64,000 nucleotides of DNA from NCBI GenBank assembly GCA_026023565.1, contig JAPETS010000014.1, positions 310,001 to 374,000 of the forward strand. Reading direction: 5' to 3'. A program made the position numbers and the translations under genes. This DNA is from Cirrosporium novae-zelandiae. Lineage: Eukaryota. Below, in pieces: positions 12,493 through 23,890 of this stretch. Under the pieces are notes generated by a model. That model had not been told where the DNA came from, searched no databases, and saw only the letters and a list, made by a program, of their open reading frames with translations. The stretch's first letter is position 1, and each line of letters opens with the position of its first letter.

Positions 12493-14618
12493 TCATTTCA
12501 AGCCTAGGAACTTCTTCGAGTTCTCATATGTCACGTATGTGATCGATACAGCGGGTGCGACCTTCAATAAGTTGGGGGTGATTCCTCGGAATAAACCACG
12601 GATTCCTTCTTTCTTGATAGTTTTGACTGTGACATCCCAAATGCCAGTGTAGGTAGGAGGGTGTACGGCTGTTCCTTGCGCTTGTAACCTTGTACGTAGT
12701 AGATTCATTGGATAAACTACCGAGGCACTCATGGCGCCACTAAAAGCCCCAATAACAGCAGTCTCAAAATTCCCCGGTGCCGCATCATCTTCATGTATCT
12801 TTTTCCGACGGGCATTGTAGAGAGTAAGGTAGCGTTTTAGGTATTCAAACGTCGCAAGATCAATGGCCGCATATGGGAACATACCCGCGAGCCCCATTGG
12901 GAGTCCTCGATAATAGGAAGTGAAACCATTTGTCCTCCACATCTTCTTTGCCGTAGCTATGATAAGGGAATTTCCGTGAAGCCCGCCTTCAACCGTTTCA
13001 CATTGCATGCGACTAATATAATTTATCAGTATAATCTTATTAGGAGGGTAGAAAGACTTACAATTTCAAAGTATCGAGGGGATATACAAAACATCTAGCT
13101 ACTGTCAGATAAGTATTAATAAGTGATAAAAATATGCTCTTACTGTGCAACCATTCCGCCCATTCCACCCGACAAGAATTGAGATGTTGGACTTAGACTT
13201 CTTGGATCATTGTGTCCTTCTAGTGTTGCAAAGAACCGTTTGGATGCCTAGGGAAGTTTTGAGTGAGAATCGCTCCGACAGAAAGACTGAAATTGTACCT
13301 CATAAGCCCCGAATTTTATTGCCGACTCTGGCATGACCTTGACAACATTCAAGCCATTACCTTCAAAATTAGTATATAAGTCGTCAAATGTGATGTTATA
13401 CTATACCTGCGAAGAGACTGCGCATTCCACCTACACGCCATAATTCTTTTGTCGCATTAATTAGGGGTCGTGTTGCAGATTTTGCAACTTGGATGGGTGC
13501 GCCAGACTTTGCCGCATTTAATGATTCTTTTCTCGTTGATGTCTGGGCGATCAGATACACTTTTAATCGATCAAGAGGTGCTGTTGCCGTTCGCGAAACA
13601 ACGCCTGCAATACCGCCAGCCAGAAAATACCCTGGATGTGGCAAGGCGTCCGTCAGCACATGTAAATCCCACTGCGGTTTGTCCTCTGGGTAAGGGACTT
13701 CAGGTATTGGAAGCCATTCCACATCGGACATGTCTGAGGGGAAGTTCGAGGCGAAGTCTTGATAATGATAACCCATTATAGAGCCTTGCTTCCAGAAAAG
13801 CCATGCGAATGGAAGTTTTAGCGTCAATGGTATTCGGTGTACAAGAATGCTGGCGATAACTGCAACAAGAGCTGAAGGAAAAAGCGGCGCAGTACCTAGG
13901 TTATCCACAGCTCCATTCACATGAACATCTCCTTCAGGATTCACTGTGACTGTTGAGGTATAGTAGGAGAGGACTGCCTTGAGGTTTGGTGTAGACGCTG
14001 GGATAAATAACAGAAAGTTCCTGGTTGTGTTTAGCATTCATCTGTTATATTTCCAAAATCCAATAGAATTATGTCACCTCCACTCATCAAAGCTAATGAC
14101 CCCGTCATGGTTGGTGTCCACCTCTTCGAAAAATTGGTTCAACTTTGCATTAGAGACGATCAACCCAGCCATCACAAATGCAGTCCTAAGCTCTTCTTTA
14201 TCGATATGACCATTCTTGTCATGATCTATTGTCTTGAATAGACGCCATAACTCTTTTTCTGTTTGCGCAACAAAAGAATGGAATTCTGTCACCAAGCAAT
14301 GAGCATCGTTTGTGCTCGTCTGCGGCCAAAGTGAGACATACCGTGGTAATGTATAACTCCATCCCCATTGGTATCGACGGCCTTCAAGATGTCTTTCAGG
14401 AAGTTATCGGCGTTTTTCAAAGCTATCGGAGCATATCAGCTCTGTTCAATTTGCCGAATAGATTTTGGGATGTATCGCCTACGGTGATCCATCTTCCTCA
14501 ATCCCCTTTTCAATCCCTTCAGGTCCAAGTGACCTTCCTTCTTGGTGTCCAATGTCCTCCATAATTCCTCAATCCTCCCATCGAGGGAGTTTTGCGACTC
14601 GTATTGCGCCATTTGCAT
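12493..14618 (-). CDS. SAL1: Calcium-binding mitochondrial ATP-Mg/Pi carrier (EF-hands + mitochondrial carrier repeats), multi-exon
   Basis: EF-hands DTKKEGHLDLKGL, DTNGDGVIHY, DHDKNGHIDKEEL, DTNHDGVISFDEW. Carrier signatures TAPLDRLKV, YPLDTLK and YPMNLLRTRLQ. Canonical introns, e.g. 14482-14423. Confidence 0.92.
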
Positions 14619-15134
14619 CGCGTAGAATTCTTAGCTAGCAGTCTGCATGGCTGCCGCAAAGGACTTGAGAATTGAAGCATAAATGCTCGGAACAGCTGGA
14701 AAGTGACCTAGAAGAGGACACCAGGGAGTTTAGATTGTCTTGTCGGCCTCAGGACAAGAGACACGGTTTCCCGTGTAGGAAAATGAAAGAAAAGAATTCA
14801 AGTTGGGGTTGTTGATCCAGAACTGGGCTCCCCTGCGAAATGGTCCTTGCAAATGACGTGGGGCAGCGGGCAAGTGGACAATAAGCCTTTCTTGTGATTT
14901 GCGAAAATCTGTCCAACATCAAACCCGAACCCCGAACCGACTTCCGGCCCCTATGGCTTACCGTGCCTACTTTCTATGTAATAACCATAATCTTGGGGTA
15001 TATCTTATTGCCTTATGATAGATTCACTCAACATCTGGACGGTTTAGAGATCAAGACGGATATGCGTTTCAAGAAACAACATCCTATTCTAATTACAGTT
15101 TTTCCCCGCGTCGTATGTAATAGTTAGTGCTAAC

Positions 15135-16168
15135 ATGGCAGCAAATTACTGGTCTTCAACACAACGTCGGTTCTGGCTGTTCAGCAAAGAAGAACTTCAA
15201 GATATCAGGGAGAAGCTGGAAAATGATGACAAAGGCCTTGTCCAACAGTATCCTCTTCCCGATCGCAGACTTCTCAGTATTTTCTTCCGAGAACGTATGC
15301 TTATCTGTTTCCCAAAACCAGTTTTCAGCTTGCTAATTTGTTTGCGTTCTAGAATTAGGCAAACTCGGAAAGAGAATGAATATTCGACAACAAGCTCTAG
15401 CAACAGCGCAGGTCTATCTACGAAGATACTATACTAAAGTGGAAATTAGAAGAACAGACCCGTATCTCGTCATGGCGACATGTTTCTACTTGGCTTGTAA
15501 GATGGAGGAATGCCCACAGCATATTCGTATCGTCTTCTCTGAAGCTCGGAATCTTTGGTCAGGTCAGTCGTTGTCTATCTAGCAGACCTGAATTATAACT
15601 GGCATCCTACTAACATATACAAGACTTTAGTGCGCCCGATGCTTCCAAGGTCGGGGAATGCGAATTTTCGTTGATTTCAGAAATGAATTCACAGCTCATT
15701 ATACATCATCCGTATCGCACTCTTACGGAGCTTTCTTCAACCTTTCCACTGTCTCATGATGAGACCTCAATCGCATGGTCCATTATAAATGATAGCTACT
15801 TGACAGATCTCCCACTACTATACCCTCCCCATTCCATCGCGATTACCGCTATATTCCTTGCTATCGTTTCAAAGCCTAACCCAGAAGGCATCCGTGGAGC
15901 TATATTGACTGTAGCAAACATTGCGAGTTCCCTTAATGCTGGAAAGGAACCTGCTCATAGTGGAACGGCTAGTCAATCCGTCAATCCTCCTCTTTATCAG
16001 AACAAATTGCAGAAACTGGTGTCATGGCTGGCAGAAAGTCAAATCAGCATCGACGCCGTCATCGATTGCACCCAGGATATCTGTTCTCTTTATGAAATAT
16101 GGGAACAATATAACGACGGGGGAAGAGTTTGCAAAGACCCAATCCAACGAATGCTCAAGTGTCGGTAA
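15135..16168 (+). CDS. ssn8: Mediator kinase-module cyclin C (Ssn8/Srb11)
   Basis: [73 protein letters not shown]. Introns 15295-15352 and 15563-15623 keep the frame. The exact C-terminus is slightly uncertain. Confidence 0.93.
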
Positions 16169-18034
16169 TTGGGGAGTGGATATATCCAGAATTCTACACC
16201 TAGTTCTTCACCCATCACACCTCGGCACTGGTAAGATGTTAGGCCTGAGAGGATACAAGTAATTAAGGCTGCCTTTATACAGACATAAAGCCTGCACATC
16301 CTTCTCGGAGGTGAGAAACTGCGCGTTGGGTTGTATGAGCCGGATCCAATCCAGTGCCCCTCTAGCTTATTGATAGTATGATATATTCTACTACTTAGAA
16401 GTATAAATAAGTATAGTGATTATCGCGAAGGACGGCAGGTAACTGGTGTCCAAGGTAACTGGGTTGAATCGTTGAAATCACAGGGTTCAATTCAGTTTGC
16501 AGCTGGCAAAAGCATGGGCTCCCGAGTTGACGTTAAAGAGGATAGCGTCTAGTGAGAATGGGTCATTGCATCTAGATATCTGGGAGGTGTCCATGTCAAA
16601 CCAAAGCCATGAGTCTACTGTTTCGGGTATTTTGTTAGCTTGAGCCACGAAGTATAATAACTGCCACAGGCCTTTTCCGAAGTGATATTTCCTTTTTTTT
16701 TGCCATCATGGCACAACTGTAAGGCGTGTTGGATCAGGTGCAATTGTTTGTAAAGATGGCCACCAAGGTAGACATAGTCGATTACCGGGTCCGGCCGTGG
16801 ACATGAACAGGTGGTGAAAGGTCAGACAAGAACGGAATCATGAGGGTTTGAATGAAGTTTGAAGTTTGAAGTTTGAAGTTTTGATGATCGATGGGACTGT
16901 TGATGAGATCTCAGGTCCAAGGATGTTGAGCATCAAGGAACTAGTTTCGATGGTGTTTTGAGTTGGGCAGTGCTTTTATTTTTTTTTTTGATTTTTTGAT
17001 TTTTTGATTTTTGGTTGATGTGCAGGTGGTCCTAACTCAGCAGGCAGGGAAATTGGGGCAGGAAATGGGGCAGGATGGCACGATGGGCAGTGAAAGATAG
17101 TAGGGGGGTGTTCGGCTAGCAATGGCTACGTATGTAGTTAGGGATAAGGATAGATGACAATGATGCACTTTCCAAGCATGTGGCCGAAAGCTGAGTGACA
17201 AAGCGAATCAACGTTAATTGATGATTGGGTGGGATTAGAAGGTCAGGAACAAACTATCCCGTCTGATCCAAACCGGATTTCAGCCACCACCGACCTTGCA
17301 CCGACTAGACGAGTATTCTCCATTGTACTCGTGTACTCGAGTATACCTAGATACCTAGAGCCCTTATATAATTAACCACCTTAGGCCAAAATGAAACAAA
17401 ATAAAATACAATAAAATCATAAAACGGTCGACGATCCTTTCATCAGATCTTCTTTTGGTCCCTGTGTTTTGTTGTTCTTTGGTGTTGGTGTTGTTGTTAA
17501 TTAGTTATATTTTATTGTTGTTCTAATTGTTATTATTGGGCTTTTTAGTTTTAACGCCGATCTAAACGCTAAAAGATCCCTCCAAGGCCCAGAATGGTAA
17601 GAGCGGGTCTTGCCACCTGCTCTCTAGACTTCAGTGGCCGACTCCACTGTCCTTGTTGTTCATTCAAGCCGAGAGGAATGCAGTAGCCCGTCTAGTCCGC
17701 ACCCTCCCTCTTCTGCTCCTCCTTCTTTCAACAAATACCCTTCCAATCTCTTGTTTCCAAGCTTCTCCATTTCATCCCTCATCCCTCATCCCACATCCAC
17801 CATCTCCCATACTTATCAATATTATCCTCATTCTAAACTACTCTTACCTTTCTTTTTGAAAGCCCCCCCCCTAAACAACTTAATTATCCAACCTTCTTCA
17901 CTTCAACCAATTTTTCTTTGTTGTTGTTGTTGTCGTTAAACATCCCAGTACACTACACGTACAAAGCCCTTTGAACGGTTCACCGCTTACCGCCTGTCAA
18001 CCCAAAACTATTGCAAAACATTCAACGGTTCAAC

Positions 18035-18669
18035 ATGTCAACATTCTATCTACATCAGGCTCAACAGCAGCGACAACTGCAAGCCTCTTCTCATCCGTCG
18101 ATGGGTACACATCATCATCATGGTCCTCGTTCGCGTAGAGCTCCTCGTCCCCCATCCTCGCAAAACTCCCACCGTCAGTTCCGTGGCGTCAAAAGCATGA
18201 AAGAACTCGCTGTTTCTGAACCACCTTCTGTTATTGCTTTCCGATCTCGTTATGAATCTGCTAGGTCCTTTGATATCGATGATGATTTGGAATTTTGCCC
18301 TGGACTCTTGACCGAGGACGATGTAAGTTGATTTCACGGTGACAAGATGACTGTAACACGGTTATTTTGTTTTGGCAGCCGCCCGTTCAGGGATACTGAT
18401 GTTTGTTCATCCAGCTCCAATCAATCTCAAGTTCTTCGGATCGATCATCCCTTTCCAGTGGATCCCCTGATTCGTCCCCACTTCAGAGTCAATCTCGACC
18501 ACAAATCACTCCTTCCTTTTCTCTCTCTTCTCCATCCAGCAATCCATATACTTTATCTTACAACAGTGATGGGCAGATGCCGCCAATGAAGATTCACCAA
18601 CCATCGGCGATACGTGCAAGAAATGCTATCCCAATCGTTAATCCAACGACGGGATTACGGGCAAATTAA
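18035..18669 (+). CDS. Small Ser/Pro-rich conserved fungal hypothetical protein, 2 exons
   Basis: ATG 18035 and intron 18323-18414 (GTAAGT..ACTGAT..CCAG). Motifs QFRGVKSMKEL, RSFDIDDDLEFCP and RNAIPIVNP resemble a conserved Pezizomycotina hypothetical family (from recall). Confidence 0.8.
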
Positions 18670-19871
18670 ATTCTGTTGTTGCATAGGGATTGCATGGTTG
18701 CGAAACTCCGGTTGATCTGCCCATCATTGTTACTGCTTTTACACGTTACGTTACGAAAATACCAAAAGATACCCTGGAGGTCTCGTCTATATAACTATAT
18801 CTCCTAGTTAAGCATTGGCGCTTTGATGTGTGGTGTATTTGTGGAGGGCTTCGTATCCAGGACATGCGACGAAGTTTAAGAGGAACAATGGCTGCGGCGA
18901 GTCACATTCGGAGTTTTTCGCGTCTTGCGTCCATACATGCTACAGGTTTAGACTCAGCGGCGTCTGTTTGTCTCATAATGGCCATGGATTTTTTTATTCG
19001 GGGGGTTAGGTTGTTCCAAGCAATGGATGCTTGTGGAAAAATATCTGGTGTTTGGGAAACATAACCGGCTCTGATCTGCTGGGTGGTAAGGCTCGTGGAA
19101 CGGGAATACACATATGAGCCATCATGATGATATTTGACCTAGCATAGCCGGAGGGTGGGGATTGTGCTTGTATTTTGTTTGGTTTTTAGGTTAGGAGACG
19201 GGCTATGACCTAGATATCCATCAGTGGGGATTTTTGCTTTTGAACAAAGGCTAACGACTATATTCTTCAGTGGGCTGTATTCTAGTGTCTGGTACCAAAT
19301 GCAAAGTTTATCAACTTATTGCAACATTCATTTGCGAGTTTCCTTTATGTGGAATCCTTGACGTTGTCAGCCAAAGAGGTTTTCTTTCTGTTGGGTTTTG
19401 AAGTGTCTATGATGAACCATGGTTTTCTTTTCTTTTTTTTTCTACTTTTGGCAATTGAAATGTATACAAACAGACAAGCAGGAGAGACAGACAGAAGACA
19501 AAAAGAGACCTAAGAATTAAAGATTAAAGATGTATTATTAATATACTACAAAGTGTGTTTTTATTCCATGGTATCTTGAAATATATATATAGATTATAGA
19601 TGTTTTGTCTTGTATAGTAGTTTGTTGGTATTGTACATGAGGGAGAGGCAGAGAGTACCTGAGTTGTTCTATGTTGTGTGGTTGGTTTATGTGCATATGT
19701 AGGTAGGTAGGTGTGCATGCATGCATGTAAGATGTGGCTTTGGATGTATGGGGTTTTCGCTTATTGGTTTTTGCTTTTGATTGGCTTATTGGAAGGAGAT
19801 TGGGGGGATAGGGAGGGAGGCTATGTACGTATACATGTATACATGTGTATGGAAGTATGGAGGCATGTGGT

Positions 19872-19909
<38 letters not shown>

Positions 19910-20544
19910 TTCCTTTGTTTGTTTGGTTGCTTTTTTTTTCTTCTTCTCTAATTGGTCATGGTGGGGGTACTGTAGCGGTGAAGGAGGGGGGTTGGGGGTT
20001 GTGGTAAAGAAGGTGTGGGAGTGAGAGGGAGAGGGAGAGGGTAATTGTGAAGTTGTGAGGTATAATGGATAGGAGGTGAGAAGAAAGAGAGAGAGTATAT
20101 TTTTGAATTAATTATCTTTTCTATTTATTTAGTCTAGTTGATTGTTTGATTAATTATTTTTTATAGCTATATACATAAGGAATTAATCAATAAGTTAGTC
20201 ATTCGAAAAGTTCTATAAAAGAAACGATAACGACAATGAAGATATAAGATATATAAAGAGATGGAGAGAGAGAGGGAGGGATGGATATTAGTGTTTATTT
20301 TAAATGATCTACATTGAAATGGAATGGAATGGGGAAAGATATTTGGTGAGAGAGTGAGAGAGTGAGCCGGAAGGAGAAGGGGGGATGGTGCTTTGATTTG
20401 GGTATCTAATTAATACTTAGGTATGTAATTGATATTGTTATTTTATAGTAATAAGAATATGGCGGGAGAGAAGGAGGGGAGGGGGAGGTACTTGGTACTT
20501 AATAGCAATTATCCTTCTTTCCTTTCCCCCTCCCCCTGGATATT

Positions 20545-20584
20545 TTTTCTTCTTCTTCTTCTTCTTCTTCTCCTTCTTCTTCTT
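20545..20584 (+). repeat. (TTC)n microsatellite
   Basis: Direct observation. Confidence 0.85.
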
Positions 20585-21692
20585 TATTAAGGGAATACTA
20601 ACTATAATTATCATCAACCCCCCACGGTTTAGAAGGTGGATTTTTACTACGTCCATGTTTTGGTAGTTCTATATAAATTGACAATAAGTGAGTAAGTAGA
20701 TGACGTTTAAGCGGATGGGGAAAATATGGAGTTTAGGGAGGGAGAGATATCTTTGAGATAGTTAGTTAGGGCATTTCTTCAGGGACGAGTGGTTGGTTGG
20801 GTGCTATGGTGATGATTCTCTATTTTCTGGGTGTAGTGGCCTCAGGGGGTCATAGTAAAGAGAGAGAAGGGGGGAGGAGACGACACAGTAGAGTAAAACA
20901 AAGTCTTGTCTATCTTCGAGTGATGTAGTAGTAGCCAACCACCACTTCCTCACCACAAAACGGAATATAAATCAGAGTGTTCAGGAGGGTGAGGACATCA
21001 CAGTCTTGATCCTTCATCAGCGAATTGGAAAAGATGACTCCCTTTGAAACGGATCATCGATCCAGACTGGAGGCGGTGTTTCTTTTCCTCCTCTTTCAAG
21101 TGTTGAGTGAAACTTGTTAATTAGATTTAAGTAGTGAGTGCATGGTTTTTAAGACATTATTCTTTAATTCTAATACCAGTATTTAAAGGGCGCTCTGAAT
21201 GACATTCCTGTTTTCCTGTTTAAAAGTCTTGGAACAGATGGAAATATATGAAACTTCTTTGATCTCTTGAAATTCTTTGGCACCTCTTAGGGATCGAACC
21301 TCACCTTGGATTTATGCTGGCAAGACGCCCGATTGGTCTATTAGGCGTCGTTCATAAGTGTGTTCGGATAGGTCGATACTATATCAAGGCTATAGTTCAT
21401 CAATCGCGTCAAGTCGTTTAGATGTGTGGACAAGGCTAGATGACCCAATGATGGGCGACCTATCTAAAACCAATAGTAAGACCTAAAGGCTCTTTGCTGA
21501 TTTCCTTGGTCTTAGGCGGGGTATTTATCACTTGTAGACTGGAGCCTTATGGATACCTGCTCTCCAGCACGTTCAAAATTCTTTATGTAGACATTTGTAT
21601 GAGTACAGTTATCATCTTATGCCAGCTCAAGCAACAAGGGATTATCCTCACAGTTGAAGCGTGTTTGAGCTACCATGGCGAGGAGGGTCGTT

Positions 21693-23297
21693 ATGGAATG
21701 GTCGTCTCTTCGCAATCGTTTGGAAAGAACAGATCTAGATGAACCATCTCCGCTTTGCCCAGAAGAGAACCAGACACCCAACGATCCCCTAAGCCCCGAA
21801 AAAGCAGCCGAACGAGTGGAAAGGTGGAAAAAGGGTGAGGATATATAAAATCCCTGTCCATCTACAAAGTTGACAGGACTGATAGCCTCTAGTGCTAGAT
21901 TATTTTGATCCCAACAAGGAACCCTACGTTTATAAAAAGGCATACCCTGAATATATCTATCGAGCTTTCTCGAACTCGGATCTAGCTGGGTTTTATAAAA
22001 TGAGATACCTCATTCCAACTTTCGGATCGGACCTATACTCGCCCAACCTTAGAGGGAAACTTCGCCTCCCAGAACAAGAAGGTTGGAGTGTTTTTCGTTT
22101 CGCTCGAGTTCTTCGAAGGAATACCCGGAAGAGAAAGGAAGGTTGGAAGACGGCGCTCGTCTCCGCTAGTGGTAACCTGCAATGGACTGTACATCGGGCT
22201 GGACAAAACGATAGGTACAATAAAACAGAGGGTAAGAAAGAAGAAGATGGTTGTCTTGCGGTCTTTCGGTTTGACAAAATCAAGAAAGAACTCGGAACCT
22301 TTCTCTATGATGCTAGTGACATCATTGACTACATCGACCCTCATCTGCAGTTCTTCAGTTCGGAGGAACGAGCATGGGCAATTAGTAGCCAGGAATATAT
22401 TGCATGGGGCTACATTCCAACCTCATCACTTGTTCACTGGACCTTTTGGAGTGACCTCTATAGCCCACAGATTGGATTCTTACTTCCAGCCTTTGAATAT
22501 TGGTTCAAGCTGGGAGACTTTCACCGGAAACACATTGCTTGCGAAGTCGATGCGGAGGAATATATCAAAAGGACGGTGAAATTTGCTTATAAAATCGCAG
22601 GGCCTGATTGCAACGAGTCTCTGCTAAAGACCATCATTGGGTGTGTAGAGAGCCCTAGCTGCTGGGGTTATATATTACCGAACGATGAAAAAGAAAAATT
22701 CATTGAAGAACGTCCACTAATGAGGAGAGCTAAAGTACGATCGATGATAGAATTGAATGAAAAAATAGCTTCCCTTGAGTTGGTATGCGTCCTCTCTCGA
22801 TGAAATTTCAGTATCGTTCTCTGGCGATGCTGATAGTTGTCTAGTCGCACCGTGAAGCGAATAACATGGTAGAATTGCAGTCTTCATCTGGAAGTATCGC
22901 GCTGCCCTTGAGTGATACTGATCCGTCTAGTGGTGCCGGGGAAAATCATAGATGCGCACAATATATAGCGATGTCCATCACTGCTCTTTTGGGACTAAGA
23001 GAAAACATAAAGCGCTATACTGATGGTCGTGCTCTCAAGCAAAGGGAGTCGAAATTGAGTAAGCCTGTAGAAGCCTGTGAGAATCAGAAGTCGGCGCAAC
23101 TTATAGAAGAGGCTCAAGAAGGTATCAAACAAATGCGTGAGCTGAGTGCTTCTAAATCTGAGGCAACATTATCTAGTGTATGGGACCTATTCCATATAAT
23201 GGAGCCTGAATATCATGAGAGGGTGGGAAAAGAGCTGCTAAAAATGAGTGGTTACGAGTATCAGCATCGCGAATACGTGGGATTTGGCGACAAATAA
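21693..23297 (+). CDS. Hypothetical protein with ADP-ribosyltransferase-like (DUF7587-like) domain and helical C-terminus, 3 exons
   Basis: ATG 21693. Introns 21835-21892 (GTGAGG..ACTGAT..CTAG) and 22783-22844 (GTATGC..GCTGAT..CTAG) join an upstream exon, the 303-aa ORF and the 143-aa ORF in frame. Motifs YIYRAFS / LVSASGNLQWT / QEYIAWGYIP. Confidence 0.7.
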
Positions 23298-23890
23298 GAC
23301 TTGTCTTTAGAAACCAATGCCATCTTTAGTTCCTTAGACCCCTAAATCTCGTACATGTACTTTACAATAAGGCTAAAGGCATCTTCAAGAGAAACGCGTG
23401 AACCGGTAGTCTAATTATATATTCCGCTCTTCTTGCCTCGCTAATACTCCTAGCCAAGTTTTCTGGCCTTAGGCTAATAATAATAATAATAATAATAAAG
23501 GGACCCACCCACTACGCCACAACCTAAGGCGCTTGGTATATCTAGATATTTATAATTAAAAATTATCCGCGCTATGATGATGATAGATCCTTTAATTTAG
23601 AATTAACATCACACTCACCTAATTAACGAACTTTCACCTAGCGACTACCGACTATTCTTTTTGCTTGCTGTAGTTGTATATATACGTTTGGTTTGGTTTG
23701 CTAGGGTTTATTATCTAGGTTCTAGACCAAGAGATTTTATATATATTTGGGGATGTTTAATGTTGTTGTATACACTTGTAAATAGGTAGGTATAGATAGG
23801 TATAGTAGAAAGTAATGTGTTTTTATTTTCATTCCGATTGTTTATTCATATCATATTATAATCACTATACTAATCCAAAACCAAGATAAC

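Noticed and set aside
16164..16262. Possible extra 3' exon of ssn8 (GLRGYK*)
   Set aside because: No donor/acceptor pair that I could find keeps the frame, so the stop at 16168 was retained.
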